64,000 nt of DNA from Cyanobacteria bacterium P01_D01_bin.156 (GCA_039024555.1 JBCCQQ010000013.1:1-64000); one strand, 5' to 3'; shown: positions 30,889 through 41,246, numbered from the stretch's first letter. A program made the numbers and translations. Notes: generated by a model from the sequence alone, not told the origin.

Positions 30889-30902
30889 TTACCCAAGGGA
30901 AA
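30889..30902 (-). promoter_or_regulatory. ChlR-type box upstream of hpf
   Basis: TTACC-CAAG-GGAAA, about 130 bp upstream of the hpf start. Confidence 0.55.
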
Positions 30903-31045
30903 AATTTGACTGCTTTCGGGCTTGAGCAAGTCCGTTAAAGAAACCTTAATTTTTAGTTATCTTGGGGGTTAGCAGGGGAACTAAGCTGGGAAATTCAGCA
31001 TAATCGGGATAGGTAAACCAGGATTTAGAGCAAGTCAGATAGCCC

Positions 31046-31432
31046 ATGCCCGATATCAGTGACTGTTTAACATCAACGTGCCCAATTCAGTTTGTCGTAG
31101 AGCTACTGGGCAGTAAGTGGTCGATTTTAATTTTGCGAGAGCTTTGGGCGCAAGATCGCCGTACCAATGAGCTGCTAACTGCTTTACCTGGTATCAGTTC
31201 TAAAACCCTGACGGTGAGGCTGCGCAGTCTGGAGGAGTATGGTTTGATCAGCCGACGCGCCTATGGCGAGGTTCCTCCACGGGTGGAGTACGCTATCACA
31301 GGTAAAGGGAAAGAACTACAACCAGTAATGGCCGCGCTACATCAGGTGGGGCAACAATGGCTCACCCAAGATAGCTGTGCCTGCCCGCTAACAGCCGATG
31401 GCACTATGGAGCCTGCACAGGTCCTAAGTTAA
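31046..31432 (+). CDS. HxlR-family regulator
   Basis: CPIQ, LGSKWS, ISSKTLTVRLRSLE, VPPRVEYAIT. Confidence 0.9.
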   Translation: MPDISDCLTSTCPIQFVVELLGSKWSILILRELWAQDRRTNELLTALPGISSKTLTVRLRSLEEYGLISRRAYGEVPPRVEYAITGKGKELQPVMAALHQVGQQWLTQDSCACPLTADGTMEPAQVLS

Positions 31433-31523
31433 TGAGGCCCTATTGTCACCATCGGTCCCATAAGGTGATCACTAGGCAAGTTAATGAGTTCAGACACCTT
31501 TTCAAGTGCAAAACCTATCATTC

Positions 31524-32387
31524 ATGACAACAACCATCAAGCCACATGTGCAAGATTTAGGCGGTTTTGAAGCCCGACGTCTACTTCCCAGTGACCAACG
31601 TATGATGGTCGGTCCATTTATTTTCTTTGATCATCTAGGACCCGCCGTATTTCCTGCAGGGAAAGGTGTGGACGTTCGGCCTCACCCCCACATCAATCTG
31701 GCAACCGTTACCTACTTGTTTGAGGGAGCCTTACTCCACCGAGATAGTTTAGGAACAGTGCAAGAAATTCGCCCTGGTGCAGTGAATTGGATGACAGCTG
31801 GACAAGGGATTTCTCACTCAGAGCGTTCTCCAGATGCAGACCGTGCAGTAGAGTCTCGGCTACACGGCATTCAAACTTGGGTAGCACTACCTGAAGAATC
31901 GGAAGAAACTTCCCCCAGTTTTCACCATCATCCTGCTAAAGACATTCCTACCTGGGAGAGCAATGGAGTCACTGTTACTTTAGTTGCCGGTGAAGCCTAT
32001 AATCACGTTTCCCCCGTCAAAACCTTTTCTCCTATCCTGTATCTAGATCTGCAATTTCCTAAAGGCGGTAGCTTTACCCTTACAGCTCCTCATACAGAAC
32101 GGGCTGTGTACAGTGTGACTCCAGGAATTTCCCTTGATGGCAACCCCATAGAACAGCATCGTCTAGTCACATTAGAACCACAACAGTCAGTAGAGATTTC
32201 GGCTGGTTTAGGTGGGAGATGCATTGTCATCGGTGGGGAACCGCTGGGCACACGGCATAAGTGGTGGAATTTTGTCTCTAGCCGTCCCCAGCGTATTGAA
32301 CAAGCTAAACAGGACTGGCTTGACTGGAAGTTTGGTCAAGTGCCAGAGGAAACCGAGTTTATCCCGCTACCGGATACGCTCTCTTAA
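31524..32387 (+). CDS. Pirin-family protein
   Basis: GPFIFFDH, PHPH, HRDSLG, WMTAGQGISHSE, WWNFVSS. Confidence 0.93.
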   Translation: MTTTIKPHVQDLGGFEARRLLPSDQRMMVGPFIFFDHLGPAVFPAGKGVDVRPHPHINLATVTYLFEGALLHRDSLGTVQEIRPGAVNWMTAGQGISHSERSPDADRAVESRLHGIQTWVALPEESEETSPSFHHHPAKDIPTWESNGVTVTLVAGEAYNHVSPVKTFSPILYLDLQFPKGGSFTLTAPHTERAVYSVTPGISLDGNPIEQHRLVTLEPQQSVEISAGLGGRCIVIGGEPLGTRHKWWNFVSSRPQRIEQAKQDWLDWKFGQVPEETEFIPLPDTLS

Positions 32388-32505
32388 AACCGCAGCATCA
32401 GTTTCAACAACAGGCTAACCTAACGTGCTCTGCTCTGCATAGACCTTCCCTAAACAGTTTAGGTAGTGTCTCTCACTTCTGGGGTAGATTAGCCTGTGCC
32501 TATTG

Positions 32506-33453
32506 CTAGCAGGTAGCCGTCTGCACCCACATACGAACCATGGTACGAGGCTGGCTAGGATACTCAGTGTAGGCCCTGCGATCATGGGCTACACATCGAT
32601 TATTTACCCAAAGCTGATCGCCTTGTTCCATCCGCAATGTGTGTACATGCTCAGGTATTTCCAATGCCGCATCTAACGCATCGAAGGCCTTTAGCTGCTG
32701 CGTAGTAAGGGGTGCCTCGGCACGATGGTGCCCTGTTTCAATCCAATAGCGCATATAGCGAAAGGTGAATTGGCCAGTGGGCGCAAATACAGGAAACGCG
32801 TTAGCACGAAGGCAGCTTAAATCTTTTTCTGCTCCGGGTGTAACTACATCGCGGATAAACGGCTGATACAGCTGCTCTAGATGCTGGGGAGCAGTAGCTG
32901 CTAAATAGTTGTGCACGGTGACAGCGCTGCATAGGCGACTCTCTCCTCCTGTTTTGCCAGGCTGTAAACACAACAAACTGATAATATCTGGTTGTACCAA
33001 ACGGGCGGAACTATCTGTATGAAACCCCGTGGCTGAGCACGTCATACTAATGGGTACAACTTCCTTTTTATAGCAAACACCCCGATCTCTCACATCATAG
33101 AGACGGCCATAGTTTTCTAACACGTTGCCCAACGCTGTTCCGATGGCTAGATAAACCAATCGCTGCAGTGAGCGTGGCTGCTCTGCCACTAAATCACGGA
33201 CCAAACAAAAACCAGGGCCATGGGTCAATCGTTTATGGATCTCAGTAGCTAAACTGGCTATCCCAGGCAATGAAAGAGTTCCCCACTGCCACGCTTGCTC
33301 AGGATTATCTTGTCCTTTAGCCCAAGCATCTAATTTTTCAATATCTGATCCGATTGCAGCAGATGGCAGACATTGCCACAGAGAATCTGTAGCCAGCTCG
33401 CGTACCGTACAAGCGAGTGGCCTGGAACGCACAGCAGACAATGTACTAATCAT
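32506..33453 (-). CDS. TauD/TfdA (clavaminate-synthase-like) Fe(II)/2-oxoglutarate oxygenase
   Basis: FHTDS (HxD), LLCLQP..GGES, NNRCVAHDR, RTMVRMW. Confidence 0.88.
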   Translation of the reverse strand: MISTLSAVRSRPLACTVRELATDSLWQCLPSAAIGSDIEKLDAWAKGQDNPEQAWQWGTLSLPGIASLATEIHKRLTHGPGFCLVRDLVAEQPRSLQRLVYLAIGTALGNVLENYGRLYDVRDRGVCYKKEVVPISMTCSATGFHTDSSARLVQPDIISLLCLQPGKTGGESRLCSAVTVHNYLAATAPQHLEQLYQPFIRDVVTPGAEKDLSCLRANAFPVFAPTGQFTFRYMRYWIETGHHRAEAPLTTQQLKAFDALDAALEIPEHVHTLRMEQGDQLWVNNRCVAHDRRAYTEYPSQPRTMVRMWVQTATC

Positions 33454-33752
33454 GTAGAAATATCCCCTGATGGAAAAGTGTTGAATTAGAAATCAGAACT
33501 GATCATCCCAAAGTAGGTACATTTTTTGATGCGTATATCCTGGTACAGGAAACCAAACAACAAAACACCTGGCATACTGAATATACGCAAATAAGGATTA
33601 TGGGCTTATACATGGGGCAAAATAGCCCACCGTAAGAGCCATATCTGTGCCAGAAAGTCAGGACAACAGGCATTTCTCGAAAGCTTTAGCTGTAGCAAAC
33701 ACACAAACAACAAAATAGGTGTGAGTCGCTACATACCAAAAATTATTTAATG

Positions 33753-33812
33753 CTACCCTCACCAATTCTGGAGAAGACCTAACGACAAGATTCCAGAATT
33801 GGGTCAAGGTAG
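33753..33812 (-). terminator. Long stem-loop downstream of the methyltransferase gene
   Basis: CTACC..CCAATTCTGGA / TCCAGAATTGG..GGTAG inverted repeat. Confidence 0.5.
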
Positions 33813-33878
33813 TATCAAAATTGTTGATTGAGATTATCTACTTAAATGCAGATAATCTATCAATTGTTTAGCCATTGG

Positions 33879-34628
33879 CTAATGTTCAACCACAAACAAC
33901 ATATGTAAGGGAGTCCCTAGCAACGGCCCAAAGAAATCGGGATCTAGGTCAATATGTTCAGGTTGCACTGCCAGTTCCTTAATGACAGGTAGCTTAGTCC
34001 AACCTGCCGTCCTTAGAGCGACAAAGTAGTCTTCTAGGGTTTTATGAACACAGCGAACCGGCACATCAATGCCATCTCGCCGCCAAATACGACCTTCTAG
34101 AGTGCGATCGCGATCGCTCATATAAAGTGAATTCTCAGGATTAAAGAAAAAAGGATATTCCTGGGGGCGCAACCAGGGTAAGGAGGGATGAGGCACGGTA
34201 AATACGAATTTCCCTCCAGCTTTAAGTAGCCTACGCGCCTGACTTAGAACGGTTGTCATTTCCGCTCGCGTCAAATAGTTAAACAAAAAGATAGCGGCGA
34301 TGCGATCGTAATTACTGCTTTGCAAATGCATTAGATCTGTTGCACTGCCCTGTTGCCAAGAGAGCGCAGTATCATCTGTAGCTATCTGAGCGCGACCAAC
34401 CATCTCTTCTGAGAGCTCTATGCCCAAAACGGCAGAAGCACCACGAGCCCTCATTTGTCTGGCTAAATAGCCTTCTCCACAGCCTAGGTCAAGCACGTTT
34501 GCACCAACCATCGGCTCTAGGGCCTCCAGCGCAAATGGACGAGCTGTAAAGTCAGAAAGTAATACTTTTTCTGTTCTTACCCATTGAGCTGCGGCCTGAT
34601 CATAAATTTGTTGAGTTGTTGTACTCAT
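33879..34628 (-). CDS. Class I SAM-dependent methyltransferase
   Basis: VLDLGCGEG, GIELSEEM, LKAGGKFVFTVPHP; start overlaps the stop of the upstream gene (ATGA). Confidence 0.9.
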   Translation of the reverse strand: MSTTTQQIYDQAAAQWVRTEKVLLSDFTARPFALEALEPMVGANVLDLGCGEGYLARQMRARGASAVLGIELSEEMVGRAQIATDDTALSWQQGSATDLMHLQSSNYDRIAAIFLFNYLTRAEMTTVLSQARRLLKAGGKFVFTVPHPSLPWLRPQEYPFFFNPENSLYMSDRDRTLEGRIWRRDGIDVPVRCVHKTLEDYFVALRTAGWTKLPVIKELAVQPEHIDLDPDFFGPLLGTPLHMLFVVEH

Positions 34629-35440
34629 GCAGTCACACCTCCTTGAGTCAAGGCTCGCTCATACATCCAGTCCCAAAACTTGGCTCGCAAGTCGAGGGCG
34701 GCTAACATCCCTTTTCGAAGGTTAGACTGGCCCTCTGGCGTCACGGCCAGATCGGCAGCTATGTCCAATAGGGTTTCTTGGTGAGCATCGTCTACAAGGG
34801 TGTGCATCGAGAAAAAGACCGTATCTCGTGCGGATAAATTAGGCAATAATGAAAGTGCTTGCAAAATGGGACGATAGCACTGACTAACAATACTTTCTGT
34901 GCCCAATCCAAGGGCGCCAATTGCCTCTTCAATGGAGCCTTGACTTAACACCGTCAACAACTGGTTTCGCCAATAAATAACCTCTAGAGCTGTGCGCTCT
35001 AGATCGGTATCCAACACCCCAATTGCCCGCTGAAAGCGCTGAAATAGCTGAGGATGAGGAATTCCTAAAATCCACTCTGACTCAATTCCAGCTTTCGCGA
35101 GTGTCAGAAGGTCATCATCAGGATAGCTACCTGACTCTTCGTCAAGATTTTGCAACAATGCTTCACGATGATCGGCACAGTCTAACCGAGAGATAACTGC
35201 TTTGAGAAACGTTGGGAAATAGGTTGAATAGCCGTAGTACTGACGGGCAAAATCCGTCATGGCCCACTGCAAATCAGGTACATTTCCCGTCGCCAGCGCC
35301 TTTAGATAAGGATGCTGAAGCGCACAGTGGTGACTAGCTTCTTCGGAAAGTTCTTGCAGATATGCTTGCACACCCATGTATGTGGACAAGACATACTGGT
35401 GACTCACCGTAGAATCATGAGCGATAGAAACAACAGACAT
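34625..35440 (-). CDS. Heme-oxygenase-like diiron enzyme (HDO; CADD/PqqC/TenA-fold iron-containing redox enzyme)
   Basis: HPYL, NLDEESG, PHPQLF, LGTESIV, FFSMHTLVDDAH (H-x3-D-x2-H), FWD. Confidence 0.85.
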   Translation of the reverse strand: MSVVSIAHDSTVSHQYVLSTYMGVQAYLQELSEEASHHCALQHPYLKALATGNVPDLQWAMTDFARQYYGYSTYFPTFLKAVISRLDCADHREALLQNLDEESGSYPDDDLLTLAKAGIESEWILGIPHPQLFQRFQRAIGVLDTDLERTALEVIYWRNQLLTVLSQGSIEEAIGALGLGTESIVSQCYRPILQALSLLPNLSARDTVFFSMHTLVDDAHQETLLDIAADLAVTPEGQSNLRKGMLAALDLRAKFWDWMYERALTQGGVTA

Positions 35441-36022
35441 AGTAGAAAGACCCTGAACAAAATTCAAAGCAACTTCGTAGAGACAGTTCGCAAAGCTTAT
35501 CTAGGACGTAGGCATAACAAACAACTACAACAAAAAAGATGCTACATAGAAATTCTACGCAATTGCATAGAATTTCTATGCTAGACAACATTTGCTGTCA
35601 GCCCGTTTCAAGCTTGTTATCTACCCCTAAAGGAAGGATAAACAACAGGCTGTATAACACAAAATTTTCAGCGTGAGTTTTTAGAACTCAGAGGATACTT
35701 ACCTAAATTGACTAGAAACATGCTTAACTCAAGCAATATTTAAGGGATATAGGTACTTCCCGATAATTTCGGTAAATATACTCATTTTAGTCAAAATATC
35801 TTAATTATTGTCCTGGATAATTACACGCAGATTAGCATGCCTACCCCCTAAAGAGATATCCGTATATTCAACTATATGCTATTAAAAATCTGGCACAACA
35901 TGATACGTAACACCTTTTTATTCAGGGGTTTAGCAGTTTTATTAAGAGATTCAGTGCTTTCCCTGATGCAGTATTTTTGTTTGCCAAACAACAAAATCAA
36001 AAGCTCAGAGGTTTTGATTAAC

Positions 36023-36096
36023 TCGGTATTAATACCGAATAATATAAGTTTTCCAAACAGTATTTTTTGCCTTGGTGCAAAAAAATACTGTTTGGG
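36023..36096. promoter_or_regulatory. Perfect 16-bp palindrome and a long hairpin upstream of H-NOX
   Basis: TCGGTATTAATACCGA at 36023-36038; CCAAACAGTATTTTTTGC / GCAAAAAAATACTGTTTGG at 36053-36095. Confidence 0.55.
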
Positions 36097-36205
36097 AATA
36101 CATTCAAGGCAAAAATTGATTTAATACTTAGAAAGTCAGGAGGTAACCTAGCGAAACCGATGTCGTAAGATCAGCCACATAATTTTATATAGAGGCAGCA
36201 ATAAT

Positions 36206-36757
36206 ATGTACGGATTAATTAATCGGGCTATTCAGGACATGGTGTGCGAGCACTACGGTGTTAGCCTATGGGAAGAAGTCAAACTCAGGGCGGACGTTGA
36301 AGAATCACGTTTCTTGGTACTGCACTCGTACCCAGATGATATGACCCATCGGCTCGTTAAAGCGGCTAGTGATGTGTTACAGCTTTCTAGCAGTGAGATT
36401 ATGGCCGCTTTCGGACGCTACTGGGTGGAATATACCGGTAAGGCAGGATATAAAGAGCTAATAGAAATGGCCGGTGATACATTACCTGACTTTTTAAGTA
36501 ACCTCGATGAGCTGCACTCAAGAGTAGGCGTCCAATTCCCGGAACTTAAACCTCCCGAGTTTAGCTGTGACCAAATAGATGGTCAAAATATTGAGCTACA
36601 TTACCAATCAACCCGCGATGGGCTGGCTCCCATGGTCCTTGGTTTACTAGAAGGTGTGGGCGACCGTTTTCATCAATCTGTTCAAGTCACTCAAGTTGAA
36701 GATCGTCAAGATGGTGCAGATCACGACGTTTTTCACGTTAGATACGAATCTGAGTAG
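36206..36757 (+). CDS. H-NOX (heme NO-binding) protein
   Basis: MYGLIN start, YPDDMT, FGRYWV, proximal His in LDELHSRV, PPEF, YxSxR (YQSTR). Confidence 0.95.
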   Translation: MYGLINRAIQDMVCEHYGVSLWEEVKLRADVEESRFLVLHSYPDDMTHRLVKAASDVLQLSSSEIMAAFGRYWVEYTGKAGYKELIEMAGDTLPDFLSNLDELHSRVGVQFPELKPPEFSCDQIDGQNIELHYQSTRDGLAPMVLGLLEGVGDRFHQSVQVTQVEDRQDGADHDVFHVRYESE

Positions 36758-36760
36758 GTT

Positions 36761-38188
36761 ATGGACTCTTTTTCCTACACATTATCCCCAAAACATTTTA
36801 CTCAAGCGTTTCCATTCCACCTTGTACTAGATTCTTCGCTAAAAATCGTCCAAACTGGCTGTGTTCTGGAGCGTACTCTAGACCGATCATTAATAGGAGA
36901 TAATGTAGAAGACTATTTTGTCATTTCTCGTCCTAAAATCACCTGGGACTTATCTGTTATTAAAAACAAACAGCAATCGCTGTTCGTCCTATCGGTCAAA
37001 GAGTCAAACATGATTCTGAAAGGGCAGATGGTGTGGGATGCATCCATAGAGAAGCTATTTTTTCTATGTTCAGTCTGGGTGCATAAAGCAAATGATCTAA
37101 AAGTTCTAGGTCTCAAATTTCAGGACTTTGCGCTTCATGATACTACATCAGATTTTATAATTTTACAGCGCACTAGCCAGATGGCCTTGGAAGATGCCCA
37201 AGCACTTACTCAAGAAGTACAGCTGCAGAAAGAACAAGTTGAGACACTTTTAAAGCAACAGGAAAAATTGACTAAGGAGGCTCACGAGCGAGCACAAATC
37301 TTAGAAGAAACATTGATAAATTTGCGTAAAACTCAGCTACATCTGGTCCAAGCTGAGAAAATGAGTGCTTTAGGTCAGCTCACAGCTGGTATTGCCCATG
37401 AGATCAATAACCCTCTGGCTTTTATTAGCGGCAATCTTCAGTATCTCGAAGGGGATATTACGAACTTGCTCAAATTTGCAGCAACGTACCAAACCCAAAA
37501 TAATTATTCATCCCCTTCTTTGGAAGAGGCTTTTGCTCAGTTAGATTTTGAGTTTCTAGAAGCAGATTTGCCAAAGCTTTTAAACTCTTTGGAAGCCGGT
37601 AGCGATCGCATCATGGAAATCGTTAATGCACTACGGACATTCTCTCGTCTAGATGAAGCACCTATTAAACAAATAGATATCCATGAAGGACTGGATAGCT
37701 CGCTGCGGCTACTACAGCATCGCTTTAACGAAAAACCGCATCGATCAGAAATTGTTATTCATAAACGCTACTTCAATTCTCTGCCCAGCATTGAATGCTA
37801 TGCCGGGCAGCTCAATCAAGTGTTTATGAATGTGCTGGCAAATGCAGCTGATGCCATAGAAAATTCCTATCAGGAACATCCGATGATTCAGATTGCTACC
37901 GACCAACTTGACAACCATTGGATTCAGGTTTCTATCTTGGACAATGGCTCTGGCATTCCAGAAGAGGTCCAAAATAAAATTTTTGATCCGTTTTTTACCA
38001 CTAAACCAATTGGCAAAGGGACAGGATTAGGTATGTCCATTAGCCGACAAATTGTTACAGAACAGCATAGTGGGCGATTTTATTTTCAAACTCGTAGAAA
38101 TGCAGGCACCCAGTTCTTTATCGAGCTACCAATTAGTCAATCCTTGCCCGCTGCTAATACAGCCAATGAGTCGATGCAAGAAAATTAA
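36761..38188 (+). CDS. HNOBA/PAS-domain sensor histidine kinase
   Basis: [19 protein letters not shown] (H-NOBA); [47 protein letters not shown]. Confidence 0.92.
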   Translation: MDSFSYTLSPKHFTQAFPFHLVLDSSLKIVQTGCVLERTLDRSLIGDNVEDYFVISRPKITWDLSVIKNKQQSLFVLSVKESNMILKGQMVWDASIEKLFFLCSVWVHKANDLKVLGLKFQDFALHDTTSDFIILQRTSQMALEDAQALTQEVQLQKEQVETLLKQQEKLTKEAHERAQILEETLINLRKTQLHLVQAEKMSALGQLTAGIAHEINNPLAFISGNLQYLEGDITNLLKFAATYQTQNNYSSPSLEEAFAQLDFEFLEADLPKLLNSLEAGSDRIMEIVNALRTFSRLDEAPIKQIDIHEGLDSSLRLLQHRFNEKPHRSEIVIHKRYFNSLPSIECYAGQLNQVFMNVLANAADAIENSYQEHPMIQIATDQLDNHWIQVSILDNGSGIPEEVQNKIFDPFFTTKPIGKGTGLGMSISRQIVTEQHSGRFYFQTRRNAGTQFFIELPISQSLPAANTANESMQEN

Positions 38189-38270
38189 ACATCGCTTTGT
38201 AGAGACTTTCCAAGAGAACATCTGCTAATGCCCATTGACGATGCCTACAGTCGCAGAGAACTATTAGGTT

Positions 38271-38612
38271 CTAAAAAATCAAGAGATTTAACGGTACTGG
38301 ATCTCCAAGCCAGGTCGCATGATCCGTATGATCTGCCAGATCGTTTCCGGTCAATCCATGCACAAGCACAGTAAACTCTCCTCGGTTGTTGTCCAACCAT
38401 GGAATCAGTCGATCAAATTGGGTTTTATCAAAGGCTAATTGACAGCTCCGACAAGGGTGCGGACCCACTGGCTTTTGATGGACTCGACCCACATTTACCC
38501 CAAATAATTCTCCAGCCTGCTGACATAGGGAAGCTGCTTTTTGGGTGGAGTTGCCATCGAAATAAACATGGGCGTGATACTGGTCATAAATGTTGGTGGG
38601 ACGTTTTGTCAT
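38271..38612 (-). CDS. DOPA 4,5-dioxygenase family protein
   Basis: YHAHVYF, VGPHP, WLDNNRG..VLVHGLTG.DLADHT..A.WLG. Confidence 0.88.
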   Translation of the reverse strand: MTKRPTNIYDQYHAHVYFDGNSTQKAASLCQQAGELFGVNVGRVHQKPVGPHPCRSCQLAFDKTQFDRLIPWLDNNRGEFTVLVHGLTGNDLADHTDHATWLGDPVPLNLLIF

Positions 38613-39009
38613 AGGTGAATCACATAAAATATCAGACATCTTGTTACCAATATAGGATTCGTGGCATTTCAGGCCGAAAATCCCTAGTTCAGCCTGTAGC
38701 ATGGTTATCAAAATACCCCAGAGTACGGGCCGTTTTTAGTCGCGGTTACTTTTTACATAGGTTCAGTTAGAGCTTCTTGGAGGCGGGTCTGAACCAAAAA
38801 CAAGTCGAGCCTATCAGGCAAATTGGAGCAACGCATTTGGCTAGCCTAAACAAAACATAATTTAGGTCCATAACCTAAATCATGACACCCCCGCAGGATG
38901 AAGCTAACTACAGTCTATTGAGTAGGCAAGATAGCCCTGCACCCATACGCTGTGGGGAACAGCATTAAAACACTGTAGCCATTGCTAAAGATTCAGCAGG
39001 CTCTAGTGC

Positions 39010-39762
39010 TTACTTGCTTGGGAACTGGTTAATATGGGCCACGCCGTAGAAAACTAGCTCCTTATTTCGCATCCTCACTTTATCAATGCGTAGCTGGGTG
39101 CCATCCAACGCAAAGGAATCTAGGTCCATTAACGCATTCACATGCTCGACAATGGCCTTAGCAAGGGCAATATCCTGATCGGTACCGCCGCAGCTAACAT
39201 CTACAAATGCCAGCTTCTTGCGCTCGTATACCTCTACGCGGGCCGTCAACGATATAAAGTTGGGTGGCGCTGACGTACTACCTACCCGGACCTGGCTTGT
39301 CAATGCAATGGTCTTATCGTCATTTAGCTCCATTTCAGTCCCACTAAAATAAAGCGCTTGATTGTCAAACTGCATACGCTGCAGCTTTTCCACCACAAAT
39401 GGCGTATTAAAGGATGTGGTCAAATCTTCTTCGGTGAGTACTACCCGCATGGACGCTTGGGTAGGCTGCTTGATCCTCACTTGGCCTTTAAAGATAGCGC
39501 CAAAATCAATAGATACCGCTTGTACAAACAGCTCCATAGCTTTGATGCGTAGGCCGTTGTACATCAGCATGCTGTGGCCTACAAAATCAAAACCGTCCAC
39601 ACTACCCTGGAGCAACTTAGCAACGGGTTCAGCCCGTACATTAGCCTCCAGCTTGCCGGTACGCTTAAACAAAGCGGCAATGGCACTGCTCACTGCCTTG
39701 CTGACCACTTGGTCACCGCCCTGTCCTGGAAATGGTAAATTGCCTAGCACGAAGGATGTCAT
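39010..39762 (-). CDS. DUF2993 (LmeA-like) protein
   Basis: KLLQGSVDG, VSIDFGAI, VVLTEEDL...FN pattern of cyanobacterial DUF2993. Confidence 0.75.
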   Translation of the reverse strand: MTSFVLGNLPFPGQGGDQVVSKAVSSAIAALFKRTGKLEANVRAEPVAKLLQGSVDGFDFVGHSMLMYNGLRIKAMELFVQAVSIDFGAIFKGQVRIKQPTQASMRVVLTEEDLTTSFNTPFVVEKLQRMQFDNQALYFSGTEMELNDDKTIALTSQVRVGSTSAPPNFISLTARVEVYERKKLAFVDVSCGGTDQDIALAKAIVEHVNALMDLDSFALDGTQLRIDKVRMRNKELVFYGVAHINQFPSK

Positions 39763-40095
39763 TCCTGATCAATGAGCGATTTCACAGCAACGATAGCCGA
39801 AATCAAACGTATGTGGTCAGCCCTATTATGTACTTATTTTAAGAAATGTAACCAGTGAAAACGATACCTTTCCCTTATCAATGGGATTGAAAGACTAAAA
39901 GGATTGTAATGCAGGTCTTCCCATATCTTCAGACAATCTAGCCGGAATCGTTGATCCTGGCGTTTGCAAGGCTTTGTAATAGAGATGAAAAAACGTCAAA
40001 ACCATTACAGACTAAGATTTTCGAGTTAGTCAGTATAGGGCCAATCATTTTTTACTCACAGAATACTGAACGATGTCGTATAGGTAGATATATCT

Positions 40096-41145
40096 ATGGT
40101 TAGCATAGAGAAAAAGCAATTGCTAAATCACTATCCACGGGGATGCACCTTTGCCAACGACGATTGGGATGCGATCGCACCGTTCTGGTTTCCCGTTGCC
40201 TTTAGCCACGAGGTAAACGATCAACCAGTATCAACCACCTTGCTGGATCAGCGCCTGGTGGTATGGCGCACGAGCCAAGGGGTATCCGTTGCCAATGACC
40301 TATGTCTGCACCGCGGTGTACCCATGAGTATGGGGCAGGTCAAGGGCGATCAGCTAATTTGCAAGTACCACGGCTTTCACTACGATGCCAGCGGCAAATG
40401 CACCCTGATTCCGGCCAATCCCCAAGCAAGTATTCCAGCCCGCCTATGTCTAAAAGCCTATCCTGTCCGTGAAGCCTACGGTCTGGTGTGGACTACCCTG
40501 ACGGGCGATGGCAGTGATTCAAACCTCCCCCAGCTACCAGAATGGGACACCCCAGACTACCAGCCCATATTGCCGAACAGCTTAGATATTAATGCAGCTG
40601 CAGGTCGGCAAATGGAGGGTTTTTTGGATGTGGCCCACTTTGCCTGGGTCCATCATGAAGCGTTTGCCGACCGGGATAAGCCAGAGGTACCCCCCTATAC
40701 CGTTACAACGACACCGATGGGGTTGCGAGCTGAGTATACTAGTAATGTTAGTAATTTCCCTAAGGGATTACAGCATCGGGCACCCGCTGATTTTCAGTGG
40801 CTGCGCGTATTTGATGTGTTTCTACCCTTTGCCGCCATTTTGCGGGTGCATTTTCCAGATGGGGGACGGCTGTGTATTCTCAATGCGCCATCACCTATGT
40901 CCGCTCGAAAAACTCGGTTATTCTCTCCCCTGTGTCGTAATTTTGACCAGGATCAGCCCCTAGAGCCTGTCTACGAATTTAATCGACAAATTTTTACAGA
41001 AGATCAAGAGGTTGTGGAAGCTCAATACCCTGAGGACTTACCTTTGGATTTACGTACTGAGTGCCACATTGAAGCCGATAAAACCTCTATTGCCTATCGC
41101 AAGGGACTGGCACAGCTAGGACTTAGCAAAGTGTACACGGCTTAG
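40096..41145 (+). CDS. Rieske non-heme iron oxygenase (VanA/NdmA-like demethylase clade)
   Basis: CLHRG and CKYHG Rieske ligands; DVAHFAWVH and TEDQ mononuclear iron ligands. Confidence 0.9.
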   Translation: MVSIEKKQLLNHYPRGCTFANDDWDAIAPFWFPVAFSHEVNDQPVSTTLLDQRLVVWRTSQGVSVANDLCLHRGVPMSMGQVKGDQLICKYHGFHYDASGKCTLIPANPQASIPARLCLKAYPVREAYGLVWTTLTGDGSDSNLPQLPEWDTPDYQPILPNSLDINAAAGRQMEGFLDVAHFAWVHHEAFADRDKPEVPPYTVTTTPMGLRAEYTSNVSNFPKGLQHRAPADFQWLRVFDVFLPFAAILRVHFPDGGRLCILNAPSPMSARKTRLFSPLCRNFDQDQPLEPVYEFNRQIFTEDQEVVEAQYPEDLPLDLRTECHIEADKTSIAYRKGLAQLGLSKVYTA

Positions 41146-41246
41146 GGGTGGGCATACTGGGGGTGCGTCGACGCATTGAGTAACCCTTTAGAGCGCGCTC
41201 AACCCTGTCGGTGGTGCATTCTTATCGTCACATCCTGACTATCAAT

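Noticed and set aside
35876..36124. 82-aa ORF in the HDO/H-NOX intergenic region
   Set aside because: AT-rich, runs through the palindrome and hairpin, no RBS or motif; likely spurious.
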